A stretch of DNA of 64,000 nt, taken from assembly GCA_018056375.1 (NCBI GenBank), contig JAGPFQ010000002.1:75344-139343 (forward strand), read 5' to 3'. Position numbers and translations under genes: made by a program. The notes under the pieces were generated by a model. It did no database searches and was not told where the DNA came from. It was given only the letters and a program-made list of their open reading frames with translations. This DNA is from Candidatus Dojkabacteria bacterium (GTDB lineage Bacteria > Patescibacteriota > Dojkabacteria > SC72). Positions within the stretch are counted from its first letter, which is position 1; each line of letters begins with the position of its first letter. Below, one piece after another: positions 58,333 through 64,000 of the stretch.

Positions 58333-59382
58333 ATGTTTGATAGGTTACAGGAAATCCTCACATATGATTTGGGTATAGATTTAGGTACAGCCAATACCAA
58401 GGTATATATGAGAAATCATGGTATAGCAGTATCTGAACCCTCTGTTGTCGCTATAAACAAAAGAACAAAAGAAGTACTTGCAGTTGGTAAAGATGCTAGA
58501 CAGATGATAGGTCGAACACCTGGTAATATTGTTGCTGTAAGACCACTAAAGGATGGTGTCATTTCTGACTTTGATACAACACAAGCAATGATTCATCATT
58601 TCATAACTAAGACACACAAAAGTTTTAATAAACCTTTTAAGTTACAGAGGCCCAGAGTCATTGTAGGTGTACCATCTTCTGTAACAGAGGTCGAAAGACA
58701 AGCAGTTATAGATGCTGTTAAAACAGCACAAGCAAGAAAAGTGTACATAGTAGAAGAAGCAATGGCAGCAGCTATCGGTGCAGGACTCCCAGTTGAAGAG
58801 GCCTCAGGTAGTATGATAATTGATGTTGGTGGTGGTACTACTGATATTGCTGTGTTCTCCTTAGGTGATATTGTTGTAGATCGAACAATGAAAGTAGCTG
58901 GTGATGAGATGGATCAAGACATTATTGACTACATTAAAACAAAATACAACATTTTAATTGGTGAGAGAAGTGCAGAGGATATTAAAATTATGATGGGTTC
59001 AGCTGTACCATTGAAGAAAGAGAGAAAATATCCAGTACAGGGTAGGGATTTGTTAACAGGTTTACCTAAAACAGTTGAATTAAGTAGTAGAGAGGTTAGG
59101 GAAGCAATAATGAATACAATTTCGCAGATAACAGATGTTCTTAAGGATGCAATAGAGGAAACACCACCAGAGTTACTTAGAGATTTAGTATCTTCAGGCA
59201 TATATATTGCAGGTGGTGGAGCTTTAATTAGAGGATTGGATACATTTTGGACACAGGAGTTGGGTCTCCCTGTAAAGGTTGTGGAAGATCCGTTAACAGC
59301 AGCGGCAAGAGGTACCGCTTTAATGTTAGACCATATTGATTTGTTAGATAGAGTACAAAAATCTTGGGAAGAATTAGTTTAA
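58333..59382 (+). CDS. mreB: Rod shape-determining protein MreB (paralog 2, in an mreBCD-mrdA operon)
   Basis: DLGIDLGTANTKVY, actin-fold motifs. The track ORF starts at a TTG 12 nt upstream; the ATG at 58333 is preferred. Confidence 0.88.
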   Translation: MFDRLQEILTYDLGIDLGTANTKVYMRNHGIAVSEPSVVAINKRTKEVLAVGKDARQMIGRTPGNIVAVRPLKDGVISDFDTTQAMIHHFITKTHKSFNKPFKLQRPRVIVGVPSSVTEVERQAVIDAVKTAQARKVYIVEEAMAAAIGAGLPVEEASGSMIIDVGGGTTDIAVFSLGDIVVDRTMKVAGDEMDQDIIDYIKTKYNILIGERSAEDIKIMMGSAVPLKKERKYPVQGRDLLTGLPKTVELSSREVREAIMNTISQITDVLKDAIEETPPELLRDLVSSGIYIAGGGALIRGLDTFWTQELGLPVKVVEDPLTAAARGTALMLDHIDLLDRVQKSWEELV

Positions 59383-59398
59383 TTGATAGATTGAAACA

Positions 59399-60238
59399 AT
59401 GAAGAAGCAAAAGAAGGCTTTCACACTTGCTGATAAAAACCTGTTTCTTCCAATTGCTATTGTAGTTATGCTTCTTTTGATTTTCCTAGATGGAACTAAG
59501 GTATTACAACCTCTCAGGGCAGGTGTATCGTTTCTTTTTCAACCGATATCTGTAGATGGTAGTGATTTGGGGAGTAAGATTAACAAGAAGTTTGGAATAA
59601 TTGCTCAAATTTCTAAATTCCAAAAAGAATTTAATCAAATGAAGTTAGATATGTATGAGAAAGATGTTAATAATAGTTACTTTGTTGTCTTGCAAGAAGA
59701 GAGAGATGTTTTACAGAAGCAATTGGATTTAGGTAATAAAGAAAATAAGTATTTGATGGCAAAAGTTTTGGGAGAGGAGAGAACAAAGTCTTTAAGACTA
59801 AATAAAGGAAATAGCGATGGAGTAAATGTTGGGGATGCTGTCTCATTAGGTAATTTGTTTCTAGGTGTTGTAGATAGGGTTGATGAGTATTCTTCTAAGG
59901 TTATGCTACCAACAGTAAAGGGTAGTAGTTACGAGGTTTTCATTACAAAAGTTGGTGTAGAAAAGAGTGTTGTTAGAAAAGGAGGTGTGCAGATTTTGAG
60001 TAAAGCAGTTATACAAGGTGCTGGTGACCATATTAGAATTGAGAATATTTCAACTACCTCTAATGTAGAAGATGGTGATGTTGTTGTTATTAGTGATCCT
60101 AAGGTTGGAGACTATCTTGTTGTAGGTAAAGTTGTGGGTCTCTCTTCTAATCCTGCAGAGACTTCTAGGAGTGGCAGGGTTGAAATGATGCTAGATAGTA
60201 GATATTTAATGAGTGTATTTATTAATATTACAAACTAA
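59399..60238 (+). CDS. mreC: Rod shape-determining protein MreC
   Basis: N-terminal TM, coiled-coil, C-terminal beta domains (GDVVVISDPKVGDYLVVGKV). Position between mreB and mreD. Confidence 0.75.
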   Translation: MKKQKKAFTLADKNLFLPIAIVVMLLLIFLDGTKVLQPLRAGVSFLFQPISVDGSDLGSKINKKFGIIAQISKFQKEFNQMKLDMYEKDVNNSYFVVLQEERDVLQKQLDLGNKENKYLMAKVLGEERTKSLRLNKGNSDGVNVGDAVSLGNLFLGVVDRVDEYSSKVMLPTVKGSSYEVFITKVGVEKSVVRKGGVQILSKAVIQGAGDHIRIENISTTSNVEDGDVVVISDPKVGDYLVVGKVVGLSSNPAETSRSGRVEMMLDSRYLMSVFINITN

Positions 60239-60239
60239 A

Positions 60240-60743
60240 ATGCAGGTTTTAACAATTTTAGGCACAATAGTAGGAGTATTTGTTTTACAATTCTTTGAGA
60301 GCTTTTTCCTAGCTCTTTGTGGTTTTAGATTAAGTTTTGTTCTTTTTCTAATAGGGTACAAGAGAGTTGATTGGAGAAAGCTACTTCCAATTGTAGTTGT
60401 TGTTTCAATAGCTTTTGATGTGACTATGAACTACAGATTAGGTACTAATCTAACACTTTTTGTCCTTCCAGCATTTCTACTTTGGCTTTCTTCAAAAATC
60501 TTTTCATTAGATAGTACCGTAGGCTTTCATGTTATGAACTTCTTTTCTTCTTTCTTCTTCTACATTCTTAATCATCTTCTTCCCGATTTTTTAGAAAGAG
60601 GAGTTTTTGGTTTCTTAGATTGGAAGATGGTTCTAATATGTGCGGTGAAAGCATTTGTTTCAATGCTTTTGCTTCTATTGTTAGAGCTTTTGTTAAAAGG
60701 TTGGAGAGGTAGAGGTAATGCTACTCAAATTCGGTTAAAATAG
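60240..60743 (+). CDS. mreD: Rod shape-determining protein MreD (polytopic membrane)
   Basis: Small 5-TM hydrophobic protein in the canonical position. ATG at 60240 is preferred over the track start at 60213, which overlaps mreC. Confidence 0.6.
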   Translation: MQVLTILGTIVGVFVLQFFESFFLALCGFRLSFVLFLIGYKRVDWRKLLPIVVVVSIAFDVTMNYRLGTNLTLFVLPAFLLWLSSKIFSLDSTVGFHVMNFFSSFFFYILNHLLPDFLERGVFGFLDWKMVLICAVKAFVSMLLLLLLELLLKGWRGRGNATQIRLK

Positions 60744-60746
60744 TGT

Positions 60747-62744
60747 ATGGATTTGAAGATTTCAAAAAAACTAGAGAGTACAACAGAGAGGAAAAGACCT
60801 GTCTTAAAGGTGTCTTCAAGAGGGTTTTTGGATGCTTTGAAGAGTGGTATAAAGTCAAAAGGTAACGATAACTTTAGTCCTGCTTGGAATGCTGTTTTGC
60901 TTTTGGCACTCTTTCTTTTTCTCTTTGGTTTCTTAATATTTCAACTTGTTTCTTTACAGGTAGTTCAGGGAGAGCATTTTCTTGCAAAATCTAAGAGAAA
61001 TCAGGTTAGTGTAAGGGAGGAAAAGGCTTTGAGAGGTGTTATTATGGATAGAAACGGAAAACTGCTTGTAAAGAATGTTGCTTCTATGAATGTATATATC
61101 TCAATTGAGAGGTATATAGATGAGAATGGGTATATTGATACTGAAAGGTTAGAAACAACACTGAATACCCTAGGGGGTATTATTGGTGGTCTATGGAAGA
61201 GTGCAGAACAGACCGAAGAATTTACAACTTTGTCAGAGAAGATATATTCTACATATGAAAAGAATACATACTTTACAGAGATTCTTGTTGCTAGAAATAT
61301 TAATGATGATATGGCGATTAAGATTAAGGCTAGTACCAATGATTTACCTGGTGTGTATATAGATAGTGGTAGTAAGAGAGAATACGTACATGGTGATGCT
61401 TTTGCTCATATCTTAGGCTATACAGGTAATGTAACTGCGGAGGATTTGGAGAAATTAGATTATGTTAAATTTACAGATGTTGTTGGTAGGGTAGGTTTAG
61501 AGAAAAAGTATGACCAATATTTACTTGGTGAAGATGGGGAGATTGCTTGGGAGGTAGACTCTTTTGGTAGGAAAATTAGTGAAGAGGGGTATGTTGTGAA
61601 GGAACCAGTAGCTGGTAAGAATTTGTATTTAGCACTTGATATTGAGGTTCAAAAGAAGCTCTATGAACTAATGGAGAAAGCGGTTGTTGACTATGGTGCG
61701 GTGGGTGGTGCCGCTATAATTGAGGATGTGAACAATGGAGAATTGTTGGCTTTAGTCTCTAATCCTGGCTATGACAACAATCTTTTTGTAGGGGGGATAT
61801 CTCAGGTTGAGTATGATAAGTTGTTGAAGAATCCTAGAAATCCCTTGCTAAATAGAGCTATTGCAGCACAGGTCCCTCCAGGTTCTACATTTAAAATCTT
61901 AGTTGCAGCAGGAGGTTTAGATGCAGGTGTTTTAACTAGAAATACTATCTATGTCAGTAGGGCTGGATATACCTTCACAGGAGGAGCTTCTTTTCAAGAG
62001 TATGGGAACAGATCGCATGGACCATTGAATCTGATAGATGCAATTTCTGTTTCTTCAAACATATATTTCTGTGAGATGATTAGAAAGTGGGATATGAATG
62101 GATTGGTACCATATTTGGAAAAATTTGGTGTTGGTGAATATACTGGTATAGATATTCCTGGGGAAGCTCCTGGTAGATTGCCATCTCCAGCAAACAAGAT
62201 TGAACTTTCAAAAACAAGTCCTTGGCTTGAACCTGTTTGGTATCCTGAGGGGGATTCTTGTAACACAGTGATTGGGCAGGGTATTACACTCACAACACCT
62301 ATACAGATGGCTAATTGGACAGCTACCATTGCAAATGGAGGGAAATTAAATGTTCCTCACTTAGCTAAATCTTTTGAGGGTGAAAAGGGAAAGAAAGAAG
62401 AGGTTGAATTTCAACCTGTTAGAACAGATATTGTTTCCTCTGATTCTCTAAAGATAGTTAGAGAGGGTATGTGGAATGCAGTAAATGGTCCAAGGGCAAC
62501 CATTAGATATTTAGCAGGAATTCCAGGTGTTTCTGTTTCTGCAAAGACAGGTACGGCTGAGTTTGGTAAATTAAACAAGAAGGGTGTCTATGAACATACC
62601 CATGCTTGGGTTACAACATTTTTTCCCTCAGAGAGACCTAAGTATGTTTTAACTATGTTTTTAGAGGATGGAGGGCAGAGCTACAACACTGCTAAAGTTG
62701 CAAGAGAGATGATTATTTGGATGAAGGAAAACGGAAAGTTATAG
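60747..62744 (+). CDS. mrdA: Penicillin-binding protein 2 (elongasome transpeptidase)
   Basis: SxxK (GSTFK), SxN (SSN), KTG (AKTGTA) transpeptidase motifs; N-terminal TM and pedestal domain; 665 aa. Confidence 0.85.
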   Translation: MDLKISKKLESTTERKRPVLKVSSRGFLDALKSGIKSKGNDNFSPAWNAVLLLALFLFLFGFLIFQLVSLQVVQGEHFLAKSKRNQVSVREEKALRGVIMDRNGKLLVKNVASMNVYISIERYIDENGYIDTERLETTLNTLGGIIGGLWKSAEQTEEFTTLSEKIYSTYEKNTYFTEILVARNINDDMAIKIKASTNDLPGVYIDSGSKREYVHGDAFAHILGYTGNVTAEDLEKLDYVKFTDVVGRVGLEKKYDQYLLGEDGEIAWEVDSFGRKISEEGYVVKEPVAGKNLYLALDIEVQKKLYELMEKAVVDYGAVGGAAIIEDVNNGELLALVSNPGYDNNLFVGGISQVEYDKLLKNPRNPLLNRAIAAQVPPGSTFKILVAAGGLDAGVLTRNTIYVSRAGYTFTGGASFQEYGNRSHGPLNLIDAISVSSNIYFCEMIRKWDMNGLVPYLEKFGVGEYTGIDIPGEAPGRLPSPANKIELSKTSPWLEPVWYPEGDSCNTVIGQGITLTTPIQMANWTATIANGGKLNVPHLAKSFEGEKGKKEEVEFQPVRTDIVSSDSLKIVREGMWNAVNGPRATIRYLAGIPGVSVSAKTGTAEFGKLNKKGVYEHTHAWVTTFFPSERPKYVLTMFLEDGGQSYNTAKVAREMIIWMKENGKL

Positions 62745-62816
62745 TGGCTGTGGGAGGTTGACAGCATATCAAGAAATTTGTATATATTATTAATGTAATA
62801 TTATTTTATCTAGAAT

Positions 62817-63989
62817 ATGTTTTCTAAGAATGGTTTGTCATTGAAAATTCTGTTAATGGTTTTCTTTCTGTTAGGGTTTACTTTTCTGTTTAATAGTACG
62901 GCTTTTGCAGCTTGTAATGGTGAGGGAGCTAGGTGGTCAATATCTCCAAGACCAAAGGAAGAACCTTATGGACCAGGAGCTGATGTTGTAGTAGAAGGCA
63001 TAATTACGAATATCGCTGATGAGGGGGGCTTTAAATGGTTTAGACTTGGTTTCAATGGCTGGAGAACAGGTTCTCTAGGAATAGAAGAAGGAACGCAGAC
63101 ACTTGGAACTCCTGGAGACCAAGCTATGAATGGGAGTACTCTTCAGTTTACCCCAGTAGAAGAAGCTGAAAAACCAGCTTGGAAAGTGAAATTGATATTA
63201 AAACTCACATCTGGATATTTATATGCAAATAATATTCAGTTTACTTGGACTGGTACTGATGAACAGCCTCATAATTCGTGTGAATTAGGAACTACTTTTT
63301 ATTTCCAACAGAGTGATGCTTGTTACGGTGGACCAGATAGTGGCTCTACATGGATTTTGACAACTGGAGATACGAAATATTCTCCTGGGAGTATAGCAGT
63401 CACAAGTGTAAATGTTCGTGATTGGCAGGGTATAACGGATGATATTAGTTTCTTTTTTGATGGTTGGGAGTTTGAGTATGGTAAACCGAATGATGGTTGG
63501 ACAGAAGGTAGTGAGATGATTGTAACAGGTCAAGCTGGAGATACTAATAGAACTATAACTATGAAAGTCCCTATAATGCCTGTTCATGCAGATGGTCCAC
63601 ATAGGATTAGCTATAGTTGGGCTATCAAAGATAGCTATAGAAGATGTTCTACTAGAAATATTATTTATGTGTCTAACCCTAGTGTTCCTGCTGGCACGGG
63701 TAACACCGGTGGAACAAGTGGTAAAATCATGCCTAAAACAGGTCTCTTTGATGAAGGGAATAAGATGATAATTCTAGGTGTAGGATTAGTCATTTTAGGA
63801 ATCACATGGACTTTCATATTTAGAATAATCAGGAAGAGTAGGGAAGCTTACCTATCCATATCTGCTAAAGTATCAGGTAGGGTATCTAAGATCTCTAATC
63901 AGATATCTAAAGAAGTTAAGGTTGCTAAAGCTAGAACTGCTAAAAAGAAGGTTGAGAATAGAAGAAGTAGGTTTGAAAAGAGAATCTAG
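62817..63989 (+). CDS. Secreted surface protein with sortase-type sorting signal variant (MPKTG plus TM plus basic tail) and extra Lys-rich C-terminal extension
   Basis: Signal peptide (LLMVFFLLGFTFLFNSTAFA); IMPKTG followed by the hydrophobic IILGVGLVILGITWTFIF and RIIRKSR; then ~50 further residues. Confidence 0.5.
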   Translation: MFSKNGLSLKILLMVFFLLGFTFLFNSTAFAACNGEGARWSISPRPKEEPYGPGADVVVEGIITNIADEGGFKWFRLGFNGWRTGSLGIEEGTQTLGTPGDQAMNGSTLQFTPVEEAEKPAWKVKLILKLTSGYLYANNIQFTWTGTDEQPHNSCELGTTFYFQQSDACYGGPDSGSTWILTTGDTKYSPGSIAVTSVNVRDWQGITDDISFFFDGWEFEYGKPNDGWTEGSEMIVTGQAGDTNRTITMKVPIMPVHADGPHRISYSWAIKDSYRRCSTRNIIYVSNPSVPAGTGNTGGTSGKIMPKTGLFDEGNKMIILGVGLVILGITWTFIFRIIRKSREAYLSISAKVSGRVSKISNQISKEVKVAKARTAKKKVENRRSRFEKRI

Positions 63990-64000
63990 TTAATAATTGA

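Overview
Low-GC (~35%) bacterial chromosomal window, densely coding in the standard genetic code (TAG and TAA stops are used, no in-frame TGA, and tRNA-Trp carries a CCA anticodon). Long multi-domain surface proteins, a sortase-type anchor, PEGA and RCC1 proteins and divergent housekeeping sequences suggest an uncultivated Patescibacteria/CPR-like lineage (inference). Housekeeping content: radA (5' partial), rho, a LysM-M23 peptidase, leuS, cyclophilin, comEA/comEC, argS, uvrA, two mreB paralogs, mreCD-mrdA, murD/C/E, rpmB, and the secE-nusG-rplK-rplA ... rplJ-rplL cluster with rpmG and tRNA-Trp upstream. Eleven tRNAs were found by hand-folding, including two tRNA-Arg genes immediately upstream of argS. 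Four things stand out. (1) A ~7.4 kb locus at 21675-29035 encodes a DUF1704/QEGLA-like HExxH peptidase, four ATP-grasp amidoligases (two cyanophycin-synthetase-G-domain-like, one RimK-like fused to a retropepsin-like DTG domain) and a 7TM protein. It looks like a peptide-tagging or polymer ligase/peptidase system. (2) Three copies of a ~165-176 bp palindromic MITE-like element with GGTTACC-containing terminal inverted repeats; two copies bracket one ATP-grasp gene in opposite orientation and abut stop codons. (3) A ~7 kb block between rplA and rplJ carrying an HExxH+vWA protein, an AAA_5/MoxR-like ATPase, a kinase-like protein and an SDR epimerase. (4) A 1708-aa RCC1-repeat/FN3 giant surface protein. 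Also noted: a GH1 beta-glucosidase interrupted by an in-frame TAG, a ComEC whose MBL domain is in a separate overlapping ORF, and a ~480 bp GC-richer noncoding block next to a tRNA cluster.
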